A DNA stretch of 64,000 nucleotides from an uncultured bacterium (lineage in GTDB: Bacteria; Krumholzibacteriota; Krumholzibacteriia; JACNKJ01). The notes under the pieces are model-generated. The model was given only the letters and a program-made list of their open reading frames with translations. It had not been told where the DNA came from and searched no databases. This document shows, one piece after another, positions 51,994 to 60,777 of this stretch (position 1 is the stretch's first letter; every line of letters starts with the position of its first letter). Where the stretch lies: positions 2,016,001-2,080,000 of the forward strand of contig CAVOFT010000001.1 in the NCBI GenBank assembly GCA_963695095.1, in the 5' to 3' direction. The position numbers and the translations under genes are program-made.

Positions 51994-52047
51994 ACAGAAG
52001 CCGCGGGCCGCTGCCGGCCCCCCGCGCGCTCGGCGCGGGCCCGCCGC

Positions 52048-52668
52048 CTAGCGGAGGCTGTCTGCGTCCGCGGCAGGCTTCAGGCTGTCGACGGCGCCGG
52101 CAAAGGGCAGCAGGGGCCGCAGCGGGTCGGCGGTCTGGATGGCCCCCCGCTCGCTCGCTGCAGCGGAGGAGCGCTGGCTGCCGCCGACGACACGCAGGCC
52201 GGCCTGATCAGCGGGAGCGCCGGGGAAGGGCTGCGGCGCAGCGGGGATGCCGAGATCCCCACCCGCCACCGCTCCCGGCGCCGGCGCGCCGGCGACCGGC
52301 GCCGGGGGCATGGGCGGCGCCTGGGCGAGGCGATAGGCCGTGTAGCCGCCGCCGACGGCCAGCAACAGCGCCGCGGCCGCAGAGAGCAGGAAGCGCGGCC
52401 AGAAGTCCCGTCCGGCATCCACATCCGCGTAGCGCCAGGCTTCGAGCTGCGCTTGCTGCAGCTTGCGGCGGAGGTTCCAGTCGAAGTTGACGGAGGGCTC
52501 CGCGAGGGGTTCGGCATGCAGGGCGCTCAAGCCCGCCTGCAGGTCCTGCAGATAGGCCGAACACTCGACACAGCCGCCGAGATGGCGATTGAGTCGCGTC
52601 TGCTGCGCGGGATCGAGCAGCTCGTCGAGAAAGAGGGAGATCAGCGCCTGGGCGCGCTTGCAGGTCAT
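52048..52668 (-). CDS. Zinc-finger (zf-HC2) anti-sigma factor
   Basis: MTC...LDELL...HLGGCVEC, one TM helix; overlaps the ECF gene stop. Confidence 0.85.
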   Translation of the reverse strand: MTCKRAQALISLFLDELLDPAQQTRLNRHLGGCVECSAYLQDLQAGLSALHAEPLAEPSVNFDWNLRRKLQQAQLEAWRYADVDAGRDFWPRFLLSAAAALLLAVGGGYTAYRLAQAPPMPPAPVAGAPAPGAVAGGDLGIPAAPQPFPGAPADQAGLRVVGGSQRSSAAASERGAIQTADPLRPLLPFAGAVDSLKPAADADSLR

Positions 52669-53306
52669 TGCAGGGGGCCTCCATCAGCGGTGCGTGGAAT
52701 TTCCTCGTCGTCGAAGCGGGCCAGCCAGTGCTTGCGGAAGTGCGAGCGGGCCCGATTGATGCGGCTGCGCACGGTACCGAGCTTGAGCCCCGTGGCAGCC
52801 GCGATTTCCTCATAGCTGAGATCGTGAACCTCGCGCAGGACGAAGGGTTCCCGGTAGTGCGCGGGGATCTTGACCATGATTTCCGAGATGGCGCGCCGTT
52901 CCTCGCGGCGCTCCAGGGTCTTGTCCTGCAGCTCCTGCCGGTCCGGCGCCTCCATCTCGACCTTGTCGTCGCCCTGCCCGATCAGCGGCATGCGAATGAT
53001 GGGACTCCGCTTCTTCCGCCGCGCGTGGTTGCGCACGAGGTTGATGGCGATCGTGTAGAGCCAGGTGCTGAACTTGGCGATGGTGCGGTACTTGTCGGCA
53101 TTGATGTAGGCCCGCACGAGCGCGTCCTGGGTGATCTCCTCCGCCAAGTCGGGGTCGGCCACCATGCGCAGCACGAAGTTGTAGAGGCGGCGCTTGAAGC
53201 GGTGCACGAGTTCGTCGTAGGCCCGCTTGTCACCCCCCTGTACAGCGAGGATGAGGTCTTCGTCACTGAGCACGCCGCGCGCCTCCTGGCGATGCCAAAC
53301 TTGCAT
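52665..53306 (-). CDS. ECF RNA polymerase sigma factor
   Basis: SDEDLI, AEEITQDA, FSTWLYTIAIN, LSYEEIA, GTVRSRINRAR. Confidence 0.95.
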   Translation of the reverse strand: MQVWHRQEARGVLSDEDLILAVQGGDKRAYDELVHRFKRRLYNFVLRMVADPDLAEEITQDALVRAYINADKYRTIAKFSTWLYTIAINLVRNHARRKKRSPIIRMPLIGQGDDKVEMEAPDRQELQDKTLERREERRAISEIMVKIPAHYREPFVLREVHDLSYEEIAAATGLKLGTVRSRINRARSHFRKHWLARFDDEEIPRTADGGPLQ

Positions 53307-53338
53307 GCTTCACGCTCCAAGACCGCTGGGGTGCCGGC

Positions 53339-54073
53339 CTAGAACGCGGGGTCCCGCAACCGGTTCCCGGCTGCGTCGAGAAAGAGCCAATCCTCCGGGC
53401 TCAGCGCCGGGCGCTTCGCAAGGCGCGAAGTGGCGCGCAGCCATTGCCCGCCGGGCAGCTGCAGCCTCAGCTGGGAGCCAGCTCCCCGCGGCCCGTCCTG
53501 CCAGTGACAGCGCAGCGTTCCTGCCGGCAGCTCCCAGGTCAGGCGCCAGGCCCGCGTGCCCCGCAGGCGGAGCGTCGCGCTCCCGCCGGCAAGGCCGCCG
53601 CGGAGCACCGGCCAGCCGTCCTCCTCGCCCGCCACGGCCAGCTCGAGGCAGTCGGCGAGGAGCCGTCCGTCCCCGGCCAGGAGGGCCGTCCAGGCCGCCG
53701 GCGGCAGCAGCTCCAGGAATTCTCGCCAGGGCCCGGCCTCGGGAACGAGTTCGCGCGCTCCCGCCGGCGTCGCCCAGCTGAGCAGGGCCTGCCCCTCGCG
53801 CAGCAGGTACTGCCGTTCAGCGAGCAGGGGCAGCGCGGGCAGCGACACGGCCAGCGCAACGCGCTCGCTGTCGAGAGCGCGCAGGCAAAAACTCCCGCCG
53901 CGATGCACCAGCCCGGCGCCGGCCAGCCAGCGCCCGCGTATCTCGATGGGGACAGCGCCCGCCTCGCCGGCTCTCAATGGAGAGGGGCTCAAAGCCAGCC
54001 AGAGCGCGCTGCTCCAGCAGGCGAGCAGGCTGGCCTTGGACCAGCGCCGCTCAGTCCTGGGACTTGGGGCCAT
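53339..54073 (-). CDS. Hypothetical exported protein
   Basis: Open frame between tatA and the ECF gene with signal-like N-terminus; start uncertain. Confidence 0.5.
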   Translation of the reverse strand: MAPSPRTERRWSKASLLACWSSALWLALSPSPLRAGEAGAVPIEIRGRWLAGAGLVHRGGSFCLRALDSERVALAVSLPALPLLAERQYLLREGQALLSWATPAGARELVPEAGPWREFLELLPPAAWTALLAGDGRLLADCLELAVAGEEDGWPVLRGGLAGGSATLRLRGTRAWRLTWELPAGTLRCHWQDGPRGAGSQLRLQLPGGQWLRATSRLAKRPALSPEDWLFLDAAGNRLRDPAF

Positions 54074-54257
54074 TGTCGCCGGCGCTGCCTCCCTCGGGCG
54101 GAGCCCCCGGCTTGGACCCGCCGCGCATGCCCTGCTGAAACTCGCGGATGCCGGAGCCGAGACCGCGGGCAAGCTCGGGGATCTTGCGGCCGCCGAAGAG
54201 GAGCAGAATGGCGAGCACGATGAGGACGATTTCCCACTGTCCGATGGCAGCGAACAT
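54051..54257 (-). CDS. tatA: Twin-arginine translocase TatA
   Basis: IGQWEIVLI...LLFGGRKIPELARGLGSGIREF. Confidence 0.93.
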   Translation of the reverse strand: MFAAIGQWEIVLIVLAILLLFGGRKIPELARGLGSGIREFQQGMRGGSKPGAPPEGGSAGDNGPKSQD

Positions 54258-54293
54258 GGCAACTCCCCTTGGCTGTTTGATTTAGCCCATGAC

Positions 54294-54322
54294 AACATAG
54301 TCGCGGCCCGCGGGTCTGTCCA
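54294..54322 (-). promoter_or_regulatory. Putative sigma-70 promoter for tatA
   Basis: Minus strand TGGACA-17 nt-TATGTT. Confidence 0.5.
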
Positions 54323-54345
54323 ATGAAAAGCGCGCCGCCTCCGGC

Positions 54346-54374
54346 TTGCCCCCAGCCGCGCCCCCGCCTAGACT
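54346..54374 (+). promoter_or_regulatory. Putative sigma-70 promoter for the ABC exporter pair
   Basis: TTGCCC-17 nt-TAGACT. Confidence 0.5.
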
Positions 54375-54402
54375 GTCTGCCCCCACCCCTTGGAGGTCAG
54401 CC

Positions 54403-56178
54403 ATCCGGCTCCTGCTTCGCCTGTTGCCCTATCTGGCGCGCCGCAAGGGGCGCTTTGCCCTGGGGCTGGCCTGCCTGCTGCTCGCCAATCTTGCCGCGAC
54501 CGCCATCCCCTGGCTGGTCGGGGAGATCGTCGATGGCCTCCGCAAGGCACATGCCGCCGGCGGTCAGTTGCCGCCGGGATTTCTCTCCCAGCACATCCTC
54601 ATTCTCAGCGCCCTGTCCCTGCTGGGCGGCGCCTTCATGTTCGGCATGCGCTATCTGCTGATCGGCATCAGCCGCGACATCGAGTTCGAGCTGCGCGAGG
54701 ATTTCTTCGCCCACCTGCTGCGCCTGGATCCCGCCTACTACCAGCGCCAGCCCGTGGGCGACCTCATGGCCAGGGCCGGCAGCGACCTGGGCGCCGTGCG
54801 CATGCTCCTCGGTCCGGGCGTGATGTACACGATGAACACCGCCGCCGCGCTCGTCATGACCCTGACCCTGATGCTCGCCACCGACTGGCGGCTCACGCTG
54901 CTGGGCCTGAGCCCCCTGCCCGTGCTGAGCCTGCTCATCTACCTCATCAGCAGCCGCTTCCACCGCGGTTACACGAGCATCCAGGAGCAGTTCAGCCGCT
55001 TGACCAGCCGCGTGCAGGAGAATCTCACCGGCATCCGCATCGTCAAGGCCTTCGGGCGCGAGGAGAGCGAGCTCGAGCGCTTTCGCCACGAGGGTAGCGC
55101 CTATAGCCGCGCAAATCTCCGCCTGTACGGCATGATGGCGCTGTTCATGCCCACCCTGCGCCTGCTCAGCGGTCTGTCCATCGTGATCATCCTCTTCTTC
55201 GGCGGGCGCGCCGTCGCCGGGGACCGGATCAGCCTCGGCGAGCTGGTCGCCTTCATCCAGTACATGATCCGACTCAGCTGGCCGATGGCCGCTCTCGGCT
55301 GGGTCACGGGCATCATCCAGCGCGGCAGCGCCTCCTGGCTGCGACTGGTCGAGGTGCTGGACCAGGAACCGGCCATCCAGGGGCCGCCGTCGGCCCCCAC
55401 CGACGCCCCCCTCCGCGGCGGCCTCGAGATCCGCAATCTCAGCTTCGCCTACGCGGGCCATCCCGTGCTCAGGGAGATCAGCCTCGAGCTGCCCGCCGGC
55501 GCGAGCCTGGGCATCGTCGGCCCGACGGGCAGCGGCAAGACCACGCTGCTGCGCCTGATCCCCCGCCTCCTCGATCCCCCGGTCGGCAGCATCTTCCTCG
55601 CCGGCCGCGACATCACCGGCCTGCCCCTGGCCCAGCTGCGCGCGTCCATCGCCTGGGCGGGGCAGGAACCCCGGCTCTTCAGCGAGAGCCTCGACGCGAA
55701 CCTGCGCCACGGCGATCTCGGCATCGACCCGGCGGCCCGCGACCGCGCCGCCCGGGATGCCGGCGTGCTGGAGGAGGTGCTCGGCTTTCCCGCCGGCTGG
55801 GAGACGCCCATCGGCGAACGCGGCGTGAACCTGTCCGGCGGCCAGCAGCAGCGCGTGAGCCTGGCGCGCGCCCTGCTCAAGGACGCCGGCCTGCTCATCC
55901 TCGATGCCCCCTTCGCGAGCGTGGACACCCAGACCGAGGAGGGCATTCTCGCCGCCCTGCGCGCCGAGGCTCAGGGCCGCGCGCTGATCCTCGTCAGCCA
56001 CCGGGTCTCCACGGTACGCCATTGCGATCAGATCGTCGTCCTGGACGGCGGCCGCATTGTCGCTGCCGGCGATCACGCCGGCCTCCTCGCAGCCGGCGGC
56101 CTCTACGCGCGGCTCCACGAGCGCCAGCTCCTCGAAGAGGAACTGGACCGGAGCCGTGACGAGCGGGAGCGCGCATGA
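54403..56178 (+). CDS. ABC exporter ATP-binding/permease subunit (MdlA/TmrB-like)
   Basis: Six-TM domain, GDLMARA, GPTGSGKT, LSGGQQQR, degenerate Walker B ILDAP; start inferred from the SD. Confidence 0.9.
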   Translation: MRLLLRLLPYLARRKGRFALGLACLLLANLAATAIPWLVGEIVDGLRKAHAAGGQLPPGFLSQHILILSALSLLGGAFMFGMRYLLIGISRDIEFELREDFFAHLLRLDPAYYQRQPVGDLMARAGSDLGAVRMLLGPGVMYTMNTAAALVMTLTLMLATDWRLTLLGLSPLPVLSLLIYLISSRFHRGYTSIQEQFSRLTSRVQENLTGIRIVKAFGREESELERFRHEGSAYSRANLRLYGMMALFMPTLRLLSGLSIVIILFFGGRAVAGDRISLGELVAFIQYMIRLSWPMAALGWVTGIIQRGSASWLRLVEVLDQEPAIQGPPSAPTDAPLRGGLEIRNLSFAYAGHPVLREISLELPAGASLGIVGPTGSGKTTLLRLIPRLLDPPVGSIFLAGRDITGLPLAQLRASIAWAGQEPRLFSESLDANLRHGDLGIDPAARDRAARDAGVLEEVLGFPAGWETPIGERGVNLSGGQQQRVSLARALLKDAGLLILDAPFASVDTQTEEGILAALRAEAQGRALILVSHRVSTVRHCDQIVVLDGGRIVAAGDHAGLLAAGGLYARLHERQLLEEELDRSRDERERA

Positions 56179-57965
56179 GCGCTCGCAAGTACGAGCAGTC
56201 GGACCAGGCGCCCCAGCAGGTCTACGACGCGCGGCTCATGCGCCGGGCCCTCGCCTACCTGCGGCCCCACCGGCTGCAGGTGGGCCTGGCCGTCATCCTG
56301 CTCACGGCCGCCTCGCTGGCCGGCCTGGCCGGTCCCCTGCTCGTCAAGCTGGGCATCGACGAGGGCATTCTCGGCGGCGACCGGCACCGGCTCCTGCAGG
56401 TGACCCTGCTCTTCGCCCTGCTCCAGCTCGTCGAATTCGGCCTCGGCTACTGGCAGACCCTGATCGTGGCCGGCCTCGGCCAGCGCTTCATGCTCGACCT
56501 GCGCGTGCAGCTCTTCGCCCACATCCAGCGCCTGCCCGTGGCCTTCTTCGATCGCAACCCCGTCGGCCGCCTGATGACCCGCCTCACCGGCGATGTCGAG
56601 TTGCTCAACGAGATGTTCAGCTCGGGCCTGGTCGCGATCATCGGCGACCTCCTGACACTGGCCGTGATCCTGGGCTACCTGCTCCTGCTCAACGTGCGCC
56701 TGGCGCTGATCACCTTTGCGCTGCTGCCGCTGCTCACCCTGATCACGCTCATCTTCCGCGGCCGCCTGCGCCGCAACTTCCGCGAGGTGCAGCTGCGCGT
56801 CGCCGCGATGAACGCCTTTCTCCAGGAACACCTGACCGGGATCGAGGTGATCCAGGTCTACGGTCAAGAGGAGCGCGCGGCAGCCCGCTTCCGCGAACTC
56901 AATCGCGCGCACACGCGGGCCCACCTGGACAGCGTGTTCAACTTCGGGCTCTTCTTCCCGCTGGTCGAAATCGTGGCCGTGCTCTCGATCACGCTCAGCC
57001 TGGGCTTCGGCGGCCGCTGGTACGCGACCGGCGCGGGACTCAGCCTGGGCGACCTGGCCGCCTTCATCCTCTATGCCCGGCGCTTCTTCCAGCCGATCAG
57101 CGATCTCAGCGAGAAGTTCAACATCATGCAGGCGGCCATGGCGTCCAGCGAGCGCATCTTTCGCCTGCTCGATACGCCCGCCGACCCGCTGGCGCCGCCC
57201 GCCCCCGCGCACCCGGAGCGCCTGCGCGGGGCGATCCGCTTCGAGCGCGTGCGCTTCGGCTACGATCCCGAGCAGCCCGTCCTCCACGACATCGAGATCG
57301 ATATCGCCCCCGGCGAGCGGATCGCCCTGGTGGGACCGACGGGCGGCGGCAAGTCGAGCATCCTCGGCTTGCTCCTGCGCTTCTATCGCCCCCAGGCGGG
57401 GCGCATCCTGATCGACGGCGTGGACCTGGCCGACTTGCCGGCGGCTGTGCTGCGCGGGCAGGTGGCCCTCGTTCAACAGGACGTCGTTCTCTTCCCGGGC
57501 AGCATCGCCGAGAACATCAGCCTCGGCAATCCGGCGATCGGCGCCGACCGGGTGCGCGAAGCGATTCGCCTCGTCGGGGCCCAGACCTTCATCGAGCGCC
57601 TACCCCAGGGGCTCGCCACGCCGCTGCAGGTGGGCGGGGGCGGCCTCTCCACCGGCCAGAAGCAGCTCATCGCCTTCGCGCGCGCCCTGGCCCACGACCC
57701 CGCCCTGCTCATCCTCGACGAGGCGACCAGCGCCGTCGACACCGAAACCGAAGCCCTGCTCCAGCGCGGCTTGGAGCCGCTGCTCGCCGGGCGGACGAGC
57801 GTCGTCGTCGCCCACCGGCTGGGCACGATTCGCGGCGCCGACCGCATCCTCGTCGTGCAGCGCGGGCGCATCGTGGAGACCGGCGATCACGCCAGCCTCC
57901 TCGCCGCGGACGGGCTCTACGCAAGGCTCCACCGGCTCCAGTATCTCGATGCGCCCGCTCCCTGA
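56175..57965 (+). CDS. ABC exporter ATP-binding/permease subunit (MdlB/TmrA-like)
   Basis: FFDRNPVGRLMTR, GPTGGGKS, LSTGQKQL, ILDEATS, AHRL. Confidence 0.92.
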   Translation: MSARKYEQSDQAPQQVYDARLMRRALAYLRPHRLQVGLAVILLTAASLAGLAGPLLVKLGIDEGILGGDRHRLLQVTLLFALLQLVEFGLGYWQTLIVAGLGQRFMLDLRVQLFAHIQRLPVAFFDRNPVGRLMTRLTGDVELLNEMFSSGLVAIIGDLLTLAVILGYLLLLNVRLALITFALLPLLTLITLIFRGRLRRNFREVQLRVAAMNAFLQEHLTGIEVIQVYGQEERAAARFRELNRAHTRAHLDSVFNFGLFFPLVEIVAVLSITLSLGFGGRWYATGAGLSLGDLAAFILYARRFFQPISDLSEKFNIMQAAMASSERIFRLLDTPADPLAPPAPAHPERLRGAIRFERVRFGYDPEQPVLHDIEIDIAPGERIALVGPTGGGKSSILGLLLRFYRPQAGRILIDGVDLADLPAAVLRGQVALVQQDVVLFPGSIAENISLGNPAIGADRVREAIRLVGAQTFIERLPQGLATPLQVGGGGLSTGQKQLIAFARALAHDPALLILDEATSAVDTETEALLQRGLEPLLAGRTSVVVAHRLGTIRGADRILVVQRGRIVETGDHASLLAADGLYARLHRLQYLDAPAP

Positions 57966-58057
57966 GGCGCCGAACGGATCCATCCTTGCAGGCTGGGGCA
58001 GCAGCGGTGGGCGCAGGGCGCGCCGGGCCCTGGACTTCCCCATGCTTCCCCGGGAGC

Positions 58058-59536
58058 GTGCGCTTGGCCCTGGATCAACTCGCGAAAGACACGCTGCTCG
58101 GACGCACACCCGACGAGACCGAGCGCGCCCTCGGTGACGCGCTGGACCGCTGGGCGCCCACGGCGCCCGCGCTCGACGCGCAACTCGTCCGCCTGGGCGC
58201 GGAGGAGGGCCTTCTCAAGCGCCGAGTGGCGCTCTGGGAACTGCTCGCCGCCCTGGACCGCAGGAGCCGCCAGCGCCAGCTGGAGGCCATCATCGGCGCC
58301 GCCTACCGGGAGGACGCCGGCGGCCTGCGCCTGCTGTTCAGCTTTCTTTGCGGACGGCCGCGCAGCTTTCTCTACCCGGAGCGCATCGCCACGCTGCGCC
58401 ATGTGGAGCGCCTGGGCCGGCGCCTGCTCTTCGTGCAGCCGCCGCGCACCGACGAGGAACTGGCCTGGCTGGAGACGCTGCAGGCCCTGCTCGCGCGCAA
58501 TCAGGATGCGGCCTTCCCCGCTGGCCTCGGGCCCCTGCGCACCCAGCTCGCCGACATGCTCGCGGCGCCGGCCGGGCTCCCCTCTCCGTTGCCGGCGGAG
58601 CTCGGCGAACTCATCCTCCTCGAGGGCCGCGCGGCCAGCCTCCGCGGCGCCCGCCTCGTCGATCAGGTCGGCGAGTACGACCCGGCCGCCCTCGCCCGGC
58701 TCCTGCCGCTCGTCGTTGCCCTCGACGAATGGCAGGGCGACCTGCAGACACTGGTCAGCCGGGGCGCCCGCGGCCTCAAGCATCCCCTCGAGCAGTTCCT
58801 GGGCGACGACGAGCTCGCCGGCTGGCAGCGCGATCTGGCCGCCGACGAGCGGGCGCCCGGCCGGCTGCTGGCCGGCTGGGTGCGCTGGATGAGCGAGACG
58901 GAAATGGTGGGCAATGAGCCGGCGGCCTGGGTGGGCCTCCTGCGCACCCTGGGCGGCCGCCGCTATCGCAAGACCCTCCACGCGGCGCTGCTCCTGCCGC
59001 TGCGCTGGCGCGCGCGGCGCCTCGGCCTCGACACGCGGCCGCCTCAGTCGCTCTTTCGCGGCCCGGCAGTCAGCGAGGCCGAGGGCCTCTTCTGGGTGGA
59101 TCTGGACGCCCTGCTCTGGGCGGACTGGGTGAGCGCGGACGGCCGGCCGTCCAGCCCCGAGGAGTGGCGCGCGCCCGAGTCGCCGCTGGCCCTGCTGCGC
59201 AGCCGTATCCAGGACGACGCCTTCTGCGAGTTGATCCTGGACAACCCGAAGTGGAGCGGCCGCAACGGCACGGTCGAGATCATCGCCCGCGGCAGCCGCA
59301 GCGTGAAGATCCTCCTGCGCATCGCTCGCGAACGCCGCCTGCACAGCGGCGCCGCCAATCGCGGCGTGCCGCTCGCGCTGCTGGAAAACCCCACGGGCAT
59401 TCCCCTGAGCGCCCTGCGCGCCTTCCTCGGCCCGCGCTACATCTCGCACCATGATATCGGCCGCCTCGCCCGCGGCGCCTCCGGCGTGCGCCAGGAGATC
59501 ATCCGCGAGGCCCGCGAGCTGATCAAGCGCGGCTAG
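58058..59536 (+). CDS. Hypothetical alpha-helical protein
   Basis: About 490-aa frame with typical codon bias; C-terminal ILDNPK...LALLENP..IP helical-repeat-like region; start 58058 or 58064. Confidence 0.7.
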   Translation: MRLALDQLAKDTLLGRTPDETERALGDALDRWAPTAPALDAQLVRLGAEEGLLKRRVALWELLAALDRRSRQRQLEAIIGAAYREDAGGLRLLFSFLCGRPRSFLYPERIATLRHVERLGRRLLFVQPPRTDEELAWLETLQALLARNQDAAFPAGLGPLRTQLADMLAAPAGLPSPLPAELGELILLEGRAASLRGARLVDQVGEYDPAALARLLPLVVALDEWQGDLQTLVSRGARGLKHPLEQFLGDDELAGWQRDLAADERAPGRLLAGWVRWMSETEMVGNEPAAWVGLLRTLGGRRYRKTLHAALLLPLRWRARRLGLDTRPPQSLFRGPAVSEAEGLFWVDLDALLWADWVSADGRPSSPEEWRAPESPLALLRSRIQDDAFCELILDNPKWSGRNGTVEIIARGSRSVKILLRIARERRLHSGAANRGVPLALLENPTGIPLSALRAFLGPRYISHHDIGRLARGASGVRQEIIREARELIKRG

Positions 59537-60663
59537 GCGCCCGCCGCGTAGAAGGCCGCCAGGCTGTCCAGCACGCGCTGCTCGCGCGCTTCTCCCAGCT
59601 CCGGATAGATGGGCAGCGAGAGCACCTCGGCCGCCAGGCGCTCGGTCATGGGCAGCGCGCGCCCGGCGCTGGGCAAAGCTGCGAAGCAGGGCTGGCGGTG
59701 GAGTGGCACGGGATAGTAGACCGCGGCGCCGATGCCGTCGGCCGCCAGGTGCGCGAGCAGGGCGTCGCGCCGGCCGCCGGCCACCCGCAGCGTGAACTGG
59801 TGGAAGACGTGCTCTTCATCGCCCGGCGCCGGCAGGCGTGGCGCCCTCAGGCGATCCGCGAGGCCGCGGGCCGCGATCCCCGCTGCGTAGCGGGCGGCGA
59901 TCGCCCGCCGCTCCTGATTCCAGAGGGCGAGCCGGGGCAGCTTGGCGTGCAGCACAGCGGCCTGGAGGGCGTCCAGGCGCCCGTTCATCCCCACCTCGCC
60001 ATGATGGTAGCGCGCGGTCTCGCCGTGATTGCGATAGCGCCGCGCGCGCTCCAGGAGCGCCGCGTCCGGGCCGGCGAGCAGACCGCCGTCGCCCGCCCCG
60101 CCCAGGTTCTTGCTGGGAAAGAAGGAGAAGGCGCCGATGTGGCCGAGGCTGCCGCTCGCGCCCAGTGCGTCGCGCGCACCCACGGACTGGGCGGCATCCT
60201 CGATGAGGACCAGCCCGCGCTCGGCGGCCAGGGCCCGCCAGGGTCGCCAGTCCATCTGGCGACCATAGAGATGAACGCCGATCACCGCCTTCGTGCGGGG
60301 CGTGAGGACGCGGCGGGCGTCGGCGGGGTCCATGAGGAAGTCCTCATCCACGTCGACGAAGACCGGCGTCGCACCCCGCTGCACCACGGCCCCTGCCGTC
60401 GCGAAGAAGGTGAAGGCGGGCAGGAGCACCTCGTCGCCCTGGCCCACGTCGAGCACGGCCAGGGCGATGATCAAGGCATCGCTGCCGCTGGCGACTCCCA
60501 CCGTCGTCGGCACGCCGAGGAACTCCGCCATCGCCGCCTCGAAGTCGCTCACCGTCTTGCCGAGAATGAAGCTCTGCGCTTCGAAGAGCGCTTCCACGCG
60601 CGCGCGGATCTCATCACGCAGGCCGGCATGCTGAGCGGGCAGGTCGAGCTGAGGCACCTTCAT
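59533..60663 (-). CDS. DegT/DnrJ/EryC1/StrS aminotransferase (possible GnnB)
   Basis: ASGSDAL, FTFFATA, IEDAAQ, SFFPSKNLGGAGDGG, NGRLDALQAA, VLSLPIYP. Confidence 0.92.
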   Translation of the reverse strand: MKVPQLDLPAQHAGLRDEIRARVEALFEAQSFILGKTVSDFEAAMAEFLGVPTTVGVASGSDALIIALAVLDVGQGDEVLLPAFTFFATAGAVVQRGATPVFVDVDEDFLMDPADARRVLTPRTKAVIGVHLYGRQMDWRPWRALAAERGLVLIEDAAQSVGARDALGASGSLGHIGAFSFFPSKNLGGAGDGGLLAGPDAALLERARRYRNHGETARYHHGEVGMNGRLDALQAAVLHAKLPRLALWNQERRAIAARYAAGIAARGLADRLRAPRLPAPGDEEHVFHQFTLRVAGGRRDALLAHLAADGIGAAVYYPVPLHRQPCFAALPSAGRALPMTERLAAEVLSLPIYPELGEAREQRVLDSLAAFYAAGA

Positions 60664-60777
60664 TGCGGACTCCCTTCGCGCCGGATCGGCACTCTAGCAT
60701 TTCCCCGCGCCGCAGCGAAGTGGCCGAGGAGACATTCTTGCAATGCTCGCGGCGTGGACAGGAAGGAGCCTTTCGCA

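Noticed and set aside
53339..54073. Possible LolB-like or DUF4292 fold for the hypothetical protein
   Set aside because: Resemblance is too weak to support without a structure search
60721..60742. TGGC...TTGCA as a second sigma-54 promoter
   Set aside because: GG to GC spacing is 16 nt instead of 10
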